From positions 16,397-80,207 of the forward strand of contig CDMY01000421.1 of NCBI GenBank assembly GCA_001179505.1: a DNA stretch of 63,811 nucleotides. The letters are read 5' to 3'. Shown piece by piece: positions 25,501 to 36,923 of this stretch. Each line of letters opens with the position of its first letter. The stretch's first letter is position 1. This DNA is from Vitrella brassicaformis CCMP3155 (taxonomy: Eukaryota; Protista; Chromerida). Under the pieces are notes generated by a model. The model saw only the letters and a list, made by a program, of their open reading frames with translations, was not told the origin of the DNA and made no database searches. A program made the position numbers and the translations under genes.

Positions 25501-26530
25501 CTACGTGTTTGGGGGGGATTCTTACGCGTGCGAAGAAGAAGAGCAGGTGGCACAGGGCGCCCGCGTCAAAACGGTCTAACTGGGGGATGGCAAACAACTG
25601 CATCAAGTCAAACAGACTTCTCATCCTCTTTAGCGGCACCACACCGGTCCCCACAACGGCCAACGAGCGAGCCAGGTTCGACAATGTCAGCGGCGTAAAC
25701 GGCCCCCCTTCTCCGCCCTCTGGGTTTTCCTCGACCAGCAGAAAGGCCAACCGATCAGCGACGGGGCTCAAGAAGGAGGCGTCCCGAATGCGAAGAGCCG
25801 CGCATGCTGCCAGCACGTTCGTCACGTCTAGCACGGATGCAACGCCAAGATTGTCGATGAAGTTGCGCTGAACCGCTTTGATAAGTTCCGGTGGGCAGCC
25901 GCGCAGCCTGGCCATGGCCTGCAGCAGGTTGGAGCCTTCTCTCGGCGTGAAGTCGCTTATCGTGTCGAGGGCCTCCCGCACAATGAGGCTGGTGATCTGC
26001 GGGTCGTCGATGCGCAACTTGCTCAGTGACCAGGCGAAGTTGCTCAGCTGAAACGGGCTGAGAGTGCCCTTCTCCTCCAGGTACTCGACAGCCAATTCGA
26101 GCAGCTTCTCGAACCGCCAATCCTCCAGCAATTGCGCGCCCGTCATGCCTGTGTTCTTGGCGATCCTGAACAAGGCCGTGATGACGTTCACCTCGTTGAA
26201 GTTCTCGAACGACTGGTCGACGATGTCGAGGATTCGCCCGAGAGTGCTCGCCTCATGAATCATCTGGTTGATCTCTCCTGCCGCCACGACCGGCTTGATG
26301 CCCTGGGCAGGTGACGAGGACGACAGCCGTGTGTTTGTGGCCGGTGTTGGTGTGATGGCGATGGATGTGTGCCGTCTTGCTGAGACGATGGGAGGCGACA
26401 GGAAGGCGGAGAGGGAGTGCCGCTCGATGATTTGCTGACGTCGAAAGGCATGGTTGAGAGGGAAGACTAACGCCACCAGAACGGTGAGGACGGTGATCAT
26501 CATGGCAGCAGGGTGCTGCGTGATGAACAT
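22520..26530 (-). CDS. Plastid-targeted helical-repeat (HPR/OPR/FAST-like) putative RNA-binding protein; interrupted by an assembly gap
   Basis: Signal peptide ending VFPLNHA-F, then a Ser/Thr/Arg-rich transit region. Degenerate repeats of about 37 aa: FNEVNVITALFRIAK, LSPFQLSNFAWSLSKL, FTPREGSNLLQAMARL, FTPLTLSNLARSLAVV, FPPTELARFAWSMAML and ASHEELAKIAYAFGRAG. Last exon ends LYNNPL* at 22520. Confidence 0.7.
25186..25485. other. Assembly gap (300 N)
   Basis: Run of n, preceded by a G-run. Confidence 1.
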
Positions 26531-26782
26531 GGGCTGTTGTGGATGAGTTATAAGATGGCCGATGGATCCGGTCAGCCAGGCGTCATGATCAGCACAAGAT
26601 CTTGCATTTCAGTCCCTCTTCCTCTTAAGCTCGCAAATGTGCGATCGCTTGAGGAAGGTTGGCACCTTCTGTCCATCGGCGAGAGCCCATTTCACACGCT
26701 GGTGGAGTCCGAGGACACATCCTTGTCCAATCACGTGAGATAATCGATATCGCTCTCCGTTTGGTCGTGCAAGTCTGCGCAG

Positions 26783-27742
26783 ATGCGCCGCGTCAGGGCC
26801 AATATCAAGGCCAAGCGCGGTGCCGCCCGTCCCCCTCATGGCGCCAGCAGCACGGCCGCCATTACATCGCCGCAGCTGAGCATGGAAGCGGTCGTGGAGG
26901 TCATGAAATATCTGCCCAGTGGGGCTGATGTGGGACGGGCGGAGCGGGTGTGTCGGGAGTGGCGGGAGGCATCGCGGGTGGGCAAGCACCACGTGTGGGA
27001 GGCTCGGGTGGATGAGCACAAAGCCAAGATCGGCAATGCACGGTACGCTCAGCAGAAGCCATGAGTCGGAGATGGCTCACTCGGCGTCCATGGGGGTGTG
27101 AACGCCTGTGTGTGAGGGTCGTGCAGGCTGACGTATGGCATGAGGGCTGGAGGCCGGTTCGACCACGGGAGCAGCAAGGAGCAGTACGTGGCCGCTGCGT
27201 GCACCGAGTGCGGTTCGCTGGCCACATATGAGCTGAGTAAGTCTGTCGCAATCAATAGCACACTCGTGTGTGTGTGCGTATGGTCACCTGCCTCTTTGTG
27301 TGTGCTGCCGTGTGTGTGCAGGTAAGTACGGCATTCGGCTGTGCGAGCAGTGTGCGCAGGTAAGCCGAGCTAAACACACACACACACATTGATGGATGGA
27401 TGGATGGATGGGCGTGTGAATGGTCCTCCCATACACACGTGTTTGTGTGCAGGCCGAAATGAGTGACGAGACGACGTTCCCCAAGTGCCGGAAGGACCTG
27501 CACCTTTTCGCAAAACTCAACGTAGGCAATGCAGCCCACACCCATTGCTGGTGTCTGTGTGGCTACATGGCGTGTATGTGTGCCGTTTGTGTGTCCAGAA
27601 GGCGTTGTGTCCGCTGGGCGGCGTCCGTTGTGTGGGCAGCATGATGGCCATCACCCCCACTCCCCCCGCCAGGCAACGAGCCAACCGACGGCCCCGCCGC
27701 CGCGCCCAGATGACCGGCGGCATGATCGAGCTCTCGCCCTGA
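26783..27742 (+). CDS. F-box-like protein with a CxxC...CxxC zinc finger
   Basis: LSMEAVVEVMKYLPSGADVGRAERVCREWR is F-box-like. Spliced CTECGSLATYEL|SKYGIRLCEQCAQ forms the finger. Five exons join in phase. Confidence 0.65.
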
Positions 27743-28813
27743 CCCACTCAAGTGTGCACAATGGATGGGTGGTTGTTCGGTGGTGGGCGGCCATGTGATG
27801 TGTTGCGACCGATGGACTCACTTTCCTCGATATGGGTAACCATATGCCGGCACTGATGTACAGCGGGTGGGTCCTTGGCGGGGCTGCATGTCAGTGTGTG
27901 GACGTGTGGATGTGGCTGCCTCAGTGGTGGGATGAGTGAGACTCGCGTGTGATGGTGTGCAGATCCGTGTGCATGGATCCATCTGCATGGGCCGTCTTCT
28001 CTCGTCTGTCAATGATTGACACATCGCCATCGTGTGTGCAGCCATGGTTTCTGTACCGACACACCCACTCAGACAGACAGACAGGTCTTCATGACTGAAA
28101 ACAAACAACGGCATCATCGCGTGAACCAGCCACACTCACGGCAACAACGTTTCCACCCTTGTGCACACCTGAGTCAGCACACGGCAACCCGAAAGCGACA
28201 ACACGTCATCTGTGCTGGCCCTCTCATGTTGCCACACACCGGCCGAAGTGCACGCGAGAGAGAGATGGAGACTACAGGGAGGAAAGACCAAACAGGAAGA
28301 TGAGTGTGGGTGCGCAGACAGCGGAACACACAGAATGCCATGCCATGCCATGCCATGCCATGCCATGCAGGCCAGGCCCGTGTGTACATGTAATATGTGT
28401 CGGGTGATATGTACAAATACGTATACACATACACATACACATACACATGGACATGAAACGATCGCACACAGGTTTGCCGCAATTCGCCGACGCAGACAAC
28501 CGACAGAGGGAGGGACACTTGAACGAAAAATCGTCCGCTCCCAAGACCTCTCTCTGTTTGCTTCTGTCTGTCTGTCTGTTCACTGCCAGTCTGTGCATCT
28601 CGCCCCACCGCCGACGCTCGCGTATGAGTCATGCCGTCGACACACACACGGACGTTGGCTGTGAGCATGACACAAGCAGGCAAAGAATCTGACCAAGCAG
28701 ACCAACGGACAGTCGTATGTGCGGATGGATGGATGTGACCCTCTCTCTCCCTCTCTCTTACAGTTATGCCTCTTCGGTGTGTGTGTGTGTGTGTGTGGTT
28801 CGCCTGTCTGTCT

Positions 28814-28873
28814 GTGTGCCGGCCGTGTGTGACGGCTGCATCAACGAGAGATGGCAACACTCTTGTGAGCACA
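28814..28873 (+). repeat. Dispersed ~60-bp repeat, copy A
   Basis: ggccgtgtgtgacggctgcatcaacgagagatggcaacactcttgtgagcaca is near-identical to the copies at 29627 (+) and 36866 (-). Confidence 0.85.
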
Positions 28874-29626
28874 CGTCCCACAATCCCAACTGACAGACAC
28901 GGCGAGCGAACGACACCACAGCAAAACACAGCACAGCACAGCACACAGATGCATCAGCAGCCAGCCACTCGATCCTCATTTCTGTCTGTCAGCCGTCACT
29001 GTCATTCGCTCTCCACCTCCAACTCACCGGCCGACACACCGTAGTCGTCAGTGGGCAGCTGACGAGTTCGAGGCCGAGTTCGTATGACAGTGCAGCTGCA
29101 GCCAGACAGCGAGGCAGCGACCGGTACAAAACCAGCACCATGCACACATACGAATACACAAGCAGACAGACACAAGTGAGAGAGACAGAGAGAGAGGACA
29201 CTTGCAGGTTCTCCCCCATTTCCACGCCCTCCCTCCCTCTGTCTTGCCTGTCTATTTGTCTATCTGTCTGTCTGTCTGTCTCACTCTCATCACCGACACA
29301 CATATGAACGTCAGCAGACAGGGATACTGACGAAATCCCATATATATCTCTTCCAGTGTGTGTTTGTGTGTGTGTACTGTCCATCCGCCCACACAAAACA
29401 CATGAATGATACACACATCAATGCGCGTATTCATGTCTCGGTGTCTCGTCCGCCTTCACTACAAAACACGCGGCATCCATCAACACGGTGCCACCGCACA
29501 CGAACGACAAAAAAGCACAGTCACGGTCTTTCCCATCCCGCTCCCCAACACGGCCATCAACAGGTGCGCAGCCAGCCAGTCAGCCAAACCATATGTGTGA
29601 GTGTGCTGCTCTGCCGTCTGTCTGAC

Positions 29627-29683
29627 GGCCGTGTGTGACGGGTGCGGCAACGAGAGATGGCAACACTCTCGATAGCACACGTC
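29627..29683 (+). repeat. Dispersed ~60-bp repeat, copy B
   Basis: ggccgtgtgtgacgggtgcggcaacgagagatggcaacactctcgatagcacacgtc. Confidence 0.85.
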
Positions 29684-29991
29684 ACACCCAGCTCTCCAAG
29701 ACCGAAAACGAACCACAGCTCAGCAACAGCACAGCGCAACGGCATGCCCATAACGACTTGCTGATGATAGCCGGAGAGTTTTGCTGGTGATGGGCAGAGG
29801 GCAGCCGAGCACAGCAGGGAGGCGGGGGAGGGAGATCTGCATCTCGAAGGCCGGGAGGGGTCTGGTAATCCAACCTGCACGCCAGGAACACAGAGGAAGA
29901 TGCATACCTGGATAGATAGATAGATAGATAGGGTGTTCAGTGCATGTGCCTGGTACCCTGCTGTTGTGCACTCCTGCTTCTCCTCGACACG

Positions 29992-30120
29992 TGCAGGATG
30001 GTGGGCTGGCCGTGGACGCTCAGGTAGTTGTTGCCACGCCTGTCCAACAGGCACAGGCGTGCCTGTCGGACAGGCGTGGCAACGAGTATCTGGGCATCCA
30101 CGCCCGCCCACCATCCTGCA
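29992..30120. repeat. Long imperfect inverted repeat (hairpin, arms about 62 bp, 4-nt loop)
   Basis: Left arm 29992-30054, loop aggc 30055-30058, right arm 30059-30120. The inner 43 bp have 37 Watson-Crick and 3 G:U pairs. Confidence 0.9.
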
Positions 30121-30281
30121 TGGCCCCTCCGCCCACTTGAGAAGCTCGCAGTTTTAGAGAAGGCTCCGTGAAACCGCTCTCTCGAGAAGGTGAAGTTGCG
30201 ACGAGGACTCATTCCGAGAGGCCAGCCAGCCGATTGACTGGTGACAGTCGAGATCTCAGCTTGTGATCAATTGCCGCACTC

Positions 30282-31504
30282 ATGGCGAGGTGAGCAACAC
30301 GCACCACAACAGACGCCACAGGCAGGCAGATCTATCAGCGGGGCGGCCTCTGCATCGCATCTCATCTGTGAATGCCGTGCTCTGTCTGCCAGTCACGGCC
30401 TCTCTGTGCGCATTCTTGAATCATGTACTGTGTGTATTTGTGGCGATGTGTGTGTGTGCCTGTGTCTGTGTGGCTCATCAGCAGTCGGTTCAGGGTGTTG
30501 GTGTCCGACCCCATCGACAGTGCAGGGGTGGACATCCTCTCCACCGTCGCTGAAGTCGACATCAAAACCAAACTCACAGGCACGCACTCAAGTCACTCAC
30601 ACAATCATGGCACAATCACTCTCCCTCTGTGTGTTGCGTGTGCCATCCATCCATCGATCCGTCAGAGGATCAGCTATGCGAGATTATCGGCCAGTACGAC
30701 GCCCTGATGGTCCGCAGCGGCACGCAGGTCACTGATCGCATATTGGCCAGGGCCGCCAGGCTCAAGATCGTCGGCCGGGCGGGCGTGGGGGTCGACAATG
30801 TGCACGTCAAGGCAGCCACCGACAAGGGCATATTTGTCGTCAACTCGCCTCTCGGAAACATGTAGACAGACAGACAGGCAGAGACGATGCAAAGAATGTG
30901 TGTGTGTGTGTTTCTGTTAGAGTGGCTGCTGCTGAGCACACCTTGGCGATGATGTTTGCCCTTGCCCGCAACGTGCCGGCTGCCGACGCGAGTGTGCGTG
31001 CGGGCAAGTGGGAGCGGAACAAGTTCATGGGGTCACAGCTGCAGCACAAGATACTTGGCATCGTCGGGCTAGGGCAGGTGTGCATGTGCGCCAGTCTGTC
31101 TGGTGCGGCCAGACAGAAAGAGAGCCGACAATGTGTGTGTGTGTGTGTGTAGGTGGGCAGCCATGTGGCCAAGGTGGGGAGGGAGATGGGCATGAAACTC
31201 GTGACTTATGACCCTTACGTCAACACACAAAAGGTAACCATGCACACACACACACACACGCGCAGTTTCTCAGGATGCGCCCATCCATCCGTGTGTCCGT
31301 GTGTGTGTGTGTGTGTGTGCCCATATATAGGCTGAGGCGCTGGACTGTTCGGTCGTGAGCATGGAGGAGCTCTTTCGGCTGAGTGACTTCATCACGCTGC
31401 ACGTGCCGCTCATCCCCGAGACCAAGGCCATGATCAACGCGGAGACACTCAAGCACATGAAGCCCACCGCACGAATCATCAACTGCTCCAGAGGTCACTA
31501 CACA

Positions 31505-31542
<38 letters not shown>

Positions 31543-33368
31543 CGTGTGTGTGTTTTGCTCCAGGTGGTGTGATAGACGAGAAGGCACTGAGCGAGGCTCT
31601 GCAGCAAGGCAGACTCGCAGGCGCGGCATTAGGTGGGACTCACACACACACATCCACACCTGCCTGTCTGTCTGTCTGTCTGTTTAATGATACAGATGTG
31701 TTTGAGGACGAGAAGGCCTTCCCCGCCGACCACCCCCTCCTCAACTGCCCCAACGTGGTCTTGACGCCACACCTTGGTAGACACACACACGGAGAAAGAG
31801 ATTGATTTACTGGTTGTGATGTCGATCTGTGCAGGTGCGTCGACACACGAGGCGCAGGTCAACGTGGCCGTCGACGTGGCGCAGCAGATCAAGGAGACCC
31901 TTTTAGGAAACCTGCCTCAATCAGCCGTCAATATACCGGTCTGTCTGTCTGTCTGCCTGGCTGCCTTTGTGTATGTCCACCGAACCTACTGCACGTTGCG
32001 CTGTGTGTATGTTGTATGTGTCCACCCAGGGCCTGCGAGCGGCCGAGTTGCAGCAGCTGCTGCCTCTGCTGACGTGCTGCGACACGCTGGGCAGACTGGC
32101 GGTGCAGCTGCTCTATGGGCCAATGGAACGAGTGAGTAGGCGGCCCGCCACACATCTGATCTGCCCCCCTTCCCATCCACACGTGTGTATGTGTGTGTGC
32201 ATCTAGATCACTGTTGTGTTGGAGGGCGACTACGCAGCCGAGAGGGGGGAGCCCCCGCTGCTGGCAGTGGCCAAGGTCAGTGCAGTGGGGGCGAGGCGTA
32301 CTCACCGCACATTCGTTGGGTGTGTGCCAGCCCAGCACGTGTGTATGTTGGGATGGATGGATGGATGTGTGTGTGTGTGTGTGTGTGTAGGGTGCGTTGG
32401 GGTTCCATACGGACCGTCCTGTCAACTTCGTCAACGTGCGGCAGGTGGCTGAGCTCTTCAAAGTCGCCCTCACCGTGGCAAAAGGTACACACACACACGC
32501 ACATCCATCCACCCCTCTGTGTGTGGGTGTGTGGATGCGCTCACACAGAGGAGCACCACGCCAAGGCGGGAGTGCGTGTCGAGTTGAAGAGCAAAGAGGA
32601 CCAAACTTCGCTCAGAGGCACACACACACACTCACACTCACACTCACACAGAGAGAGAGGGGCATACACACATGGATATGTGTGTGTGTGTGTGTGTGTC
32701 GACAGGCACGATAACAGACGAGGGCAATGTGCTGCTGACGTCCTTCAAGGGCGTCAGCATGTACATGCTGCTGCCCGTCATCGGACTCCGCAAACAGTTT
32801 TTTGTCTACACACAACACGAGTGAGGCGAGGCGGCCAACTGTGGCCTCACCACACCTGACTGACCTGCACACACCACCACATCCATCCATCCATCCATCC
32901 GTTGGATACGCCTGTGTGTCTGTTCTGTGGGTGCATTGCATTGAATTGATTGATCAGCGACACGCCGGGTGCGTTGTCTCTCATCTGTGGCATGCTTGGC
33001 GAACACGGCCTCAATATAGGCGACATGCACCTGGGTGACTACACACACACACAGACAGACAGACATGGGATGGGTGCATCCCTACCTCTGTGTCTGTCTG
33101 TCTGTCTGTCTGTCTTGGTGTGTGTGTGTGTCTGTGTGTGTGTGTATCAGGTCGCACCGAGAGCTGTGGTGTGTGCATATCGTCGATCGACTCTCCGCCC
33201 TCAGACACATTCGCAGACGCACTCAAGAGGAGACAACCACCAATACGAGTGAGTATGGGTGGTTGGATGGATGGATGGATGGATGGATGGATGGAACGAT
33301 GTGCGCGTCAATCAATCAGCGTCTGTCTGTCTGTCTGTTTGCAGGAGTACCGGATCTTCAGCCTCTGA
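30282..33368 (+). CDS. PHGDH: D-3-phosphoglycerate dehydrogenase (SerA type with ASB and ACT domains)
   Basis: [105 protein letters not shown] and ACT-like [28 protein letters not shown]. Stop TGA at 33366-33368. Confidence 0.95.
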
Positions 33369-33660
33369 CCCCCCCTCCCTCCTCTCCGTCCTTCGTACGC
33401 TCCACACATACAGATGCCTGCCTAGGCCTGTGTGCTTACGTCTTCGTGTGAACGGACTGCACCGCACCGTACCAGTGCAGTGCAGTGCAGTGCGTCTGTC
33501 TGCCATGGGTGTGGTGCATCTAGCTATGTATATTTTTGACGTGACGATCGTACGTAAGTCGTGATTGGGTGGCTGGTTGGGTGGCTGGGGAGTGTGCGGG
33601 CCGTGGTTTTAGAACTTCAGGGATGCAGAAGCGGCGAGGCGAGACGAGGCGAAGGCCCCC

Positions 33661-33960
33661 NNNNNNNNNNNNNNNNNNNNNNNNNNNNNNNNNNNNNNNN
33701 NNNNNNNNNNNNNNNNNNNNNNNNNNNNNNNNNNNNNNNNNNNNNNNNNNNNNNNNNNNNNNNNNNNNNNNNNNNNNNNNNNNNNNNNNNNNNNNNNNNN
33801 NNNNNNNNNNNNNNNNNNNNNNNNNNNNNNNNNNNNNNNNNNNNNNNNNNNNNNNNNNNNNNNNNNNNNNNNNNNNNNNNNNNNNNNNNNNNNNNNNNNN
33901 NNNNNNNNNNNNNNNNNNNNNNNNNNNNNNNNNNNNNNNNNNNNNNNNNNNNNNNNNNNN
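33661..33960. other. Assembly gap (300 N)
   Basis: Run of n flanked by C-runs. Confidence 1.
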
Positions 33961-34431
33961 CCCCCCCCCCCCCCCCTCTTGCAGCTGTATGTGGGACACC
34001 CTAGCATGTGCGTAGGAAGGAGTATTGGTTGGTCGGCCGATCGGTAGTGTGTTGTGTGTGACTTGGGCGATATGATGTGATGCGATGCGATGCGATGCTG
34101 GTGTGTGTGTTGATGAGTCGGTTGTCAGTCGATGTGACTTGGGGTGATGTAGCTTGCAAGGCAACCCCGGTGTTTGCCATGTGAATGCCGGATGGATGAA
34201 TGTGATTTTCCCCAGGGAGGATCCCGTGCGTACCGAGACCTGTCACCATTCACACCGAACGAAACACGCCGGGCGATGTGTTCGACCGTTCCTCTTTTCA
34301 GAGAGAGCGGTTTCACGGGATGTCCTAAGCGGCCTCACGGCCAAGTCCTCTTTTCCACCTGCGAGCTTGGCTTGCAGAACCGCCGTGCAGATCTTCCGTG
34401 TTCACGGCTCGTCCTCTCTCTGTCTGTCGAA

Positions 34432-36443
34432 ATGCTGGCGCACCGCATCAGCAAGAGACTCGCAGGAGTCATCACTGCGACAGCATCTCGCGCGCCCTCC
34501 CTCCCACGCATAGCCCTTCCCCCACACCGGCTGCAGAGGGCCGCCCTGCAGACACAATCACACACACAGACACAGACACAGACGGCCTCTCATCTGCCCT
34601 TTCCCGTCGTCGACGAGCACGCTGCCAGTGGTGGTGGTGTGGGTGTCAGTATCCACCTTGCGAGCGGCGAGTGCCTGGCTCTGCACCCCCAGTGGCTGCG
34701 GGAGCGGTGCCGGTGCGACAAGTGCACCGACCAGCCCAGCAGGCAGCCCGTGGTGGATGTCTTTATGCACAGTGGTGATGGCACAGATGGGACGACTGGT
34801 GTTGCCAACCATCGCCATCCTGTGGACATCCAGGCTGTGGATATTGTGGGCGACGACGGGCGGGCGTTCGATGTGCACTTCACCGATGGCTGCAGGCAGG
34901 TATCGACTTACTGTAAGCAAGATGTGTGTGTGCGTGCGTGCGTCTTCATTGATTCATTCGACGCGTTGCGTTGAATGGATGATGGAGATGGAGTTTCGTG
35001 TGTGTCTATGTGTATGTATGTAGGTGTATGAGGTGGACACCATTCTGGAGGAGGTGGCGGACCCCAAGAACTTCGGCGTGCAGCTGGGCGCGTCAGTCAA
35101 ACCGCTCCCCGAGCCAAAGCCATGGCCGCCACACAACGCATCACTCCAACAATACTCTTGCAAAGTAAGCCAACATTTGCGCCGCCCCAATTCCCCCTGT
35201 GCCACCCATGTCTGTCTGTCTATCTGTCTGTCTGTGTGTGCTGTCCATCCGTCAGGCGATCAGCACAGATGAGTCCGCAATGGCCTCCGCATTGCACGAT
35301 CTGCTGGAATCGGGTGTGGTGCTGATCAAGGACGTGCCGACGGTGGAGAACTACTCGCTGAAGCTGTTGAAGCTCATCGGGACGGTGCGGCACACCAACT
35401 GGGGACCGACCTTCCAGGTGCACACGGGGGTGCCGGGGATTGGCGAGGTGGACGATGCCGGGCAGGCTGACACGGCTTACACTGAGATGGTGAGGATGTG
35501 TGTGGGTGGGTGTTCGTGTCATGTGTGAGGGTGTGGTGTGTGTGATGCAGGCGATCCCGCCGCATGTGGACAACCCCTATCGCAACCCGATGCCGCAGTA
35601 CCAGATACTGCACTGCCTCGTCAACCACTCCGAAGGCGGCGGGAACATACTGGTCCGATTAATCGACCGCTCCCTCCTTCTCACGCCCAACACACCACAA
35701 GAACACGGTTGTGGGTGCCTGTCTGTCTGTCAGGTGGATGCGATAGCGGTGGCAGAGGAGATCCGCCGCCAGAGCCCCCGTGCATTCGACCTGCTGGCGT
35801 CGACCATCGTGCGGTGGGAATATGGGGGCGGCCTCACGCCATACATCCACTTCTCGCCACACATCACTCTCGACTACCGAGGGAGGGTAAGTGGATGAGT
35901 GGACGAGTGGAGAGAAAACGCCTCTCTCGTTATGTGTGTGGGTGTAGGTGAGCGGGATTGTGTACTCGAACAAGTCGGGAGGTTATGCGCCGCTGATGGC
36001 GAGTGTGGAGACGCAGGAGGCCTTCTACGAGGCCAAGGCGATGCTGGGGCGGCTGCTGATGGACGACAGATTCCACCTCAAACACAGACTGGAGCCGGGC
36101 GACATGATCATCTTCTCTAACCTACGTACGCGTCGATGGAAGGGTGGATGGGTGGATGAGTGTGTGTGGGGATGGGTGGGGTCAGGTGTGCTGCACGCGC
36201 GAGAGACCATTACAAAGTCGGGAGAAAGATATGTGCAGGTCAGCAAGCGTCGCGGTGCCCTCTCACATGTGTGCATGTGTCAAGTGTGTGCATTGGTCTC
36301 TCTCTGTCTGTCTGTCTGTCTGTCTGTGTGTGTGTGTGTGTGTGTGTGGTATCGTATAGGGTTCTTACATTGACAACGACAGCGTGACGTCGACCTACCT
36401 GGGGCTGGTCCAAGGCACCAAGAAGCTCGATGCCTTACAATGA
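34432..36443 (+). CDS. Gamma-butyrobetaine dioxygenase / TauD-family 2-oxoglutarate-Fe dioxygenase with mitochondrial-type presequence
   Basis: N-terminal Zn motif WLRERCRCDKC...HFTDG. Catalytic domain has GVVLIKDVP, DTAYT, PPHVDNPY (HxD), QILHCL, VDAIAVAE and LEPGDMIIFSNLR|VLHAR. Arg/Ser-rich leader. Confidence 0.88.
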
Positions 36444-36865
36444 TAGACACAGTGGCGGGTGGGTGGTGGGAGGCGTTTAGATCGGTCGGGGGTTGGGGGT
36501 TGGGTCTTTTTGCTTACCTGCGTGCGTGCCTGCCTGCCCGCAAGATTGGCATCAGTCAGCATTTGTTGATGGATCCTTCCGTCAGGGTGTGTTGTGTGTC
36601 TGCCTCATCTCATCTCATCTCTCTCTCTATATTTGTGGTTGTGGTGTGGTGTGGTGTGGTGTGTGCCGGTGTGTGGGCTTGGTGTGGTCGGGTTCTGTGC
36701 CATACGGAAACAGTGACTGGATTTGACCACACTACACCACACAATGCAGCCGAGCCGAGCAATAGAGATGTGAGGAAGGAAGCCAGAAACACACAACTGA
36801 CTTGGCTGCCATTCCGTGCTGCAGTGCTGTGTCGTGGTCCGCCTGTGGATCTGGTGTGGAACGGT

Positions 36866-36923
36866 TGCTCACGAGAGTGTGGCCATCTCTCGCCGATGCA
36901 GCCGTCACACACCGCCGGCACAC
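36866..36923 (-). repeat. Dispersed ~60-bp repeat, copy C (inverted)
   Basis: Reverse complement gtgtgccggcggtgtgtgacggctgcatcggcgagagatggccacactctcgtgagca matches copies A and B. Confidence 0.85.

Noticed and set aside
27800-29950. Many 60-250 aa ORFs rich in VCVC/HTHT/TDRQ/MDGW
   Set aside because: Translations of microsatellites. Only the 60-bp repeat and vague exon-like remnants are supportable.
33520-34164. ORFs spanning N runs (also 24765-25871 and 45115-45882)
   Set aside because: Artefacts of translating through assembly gaps.
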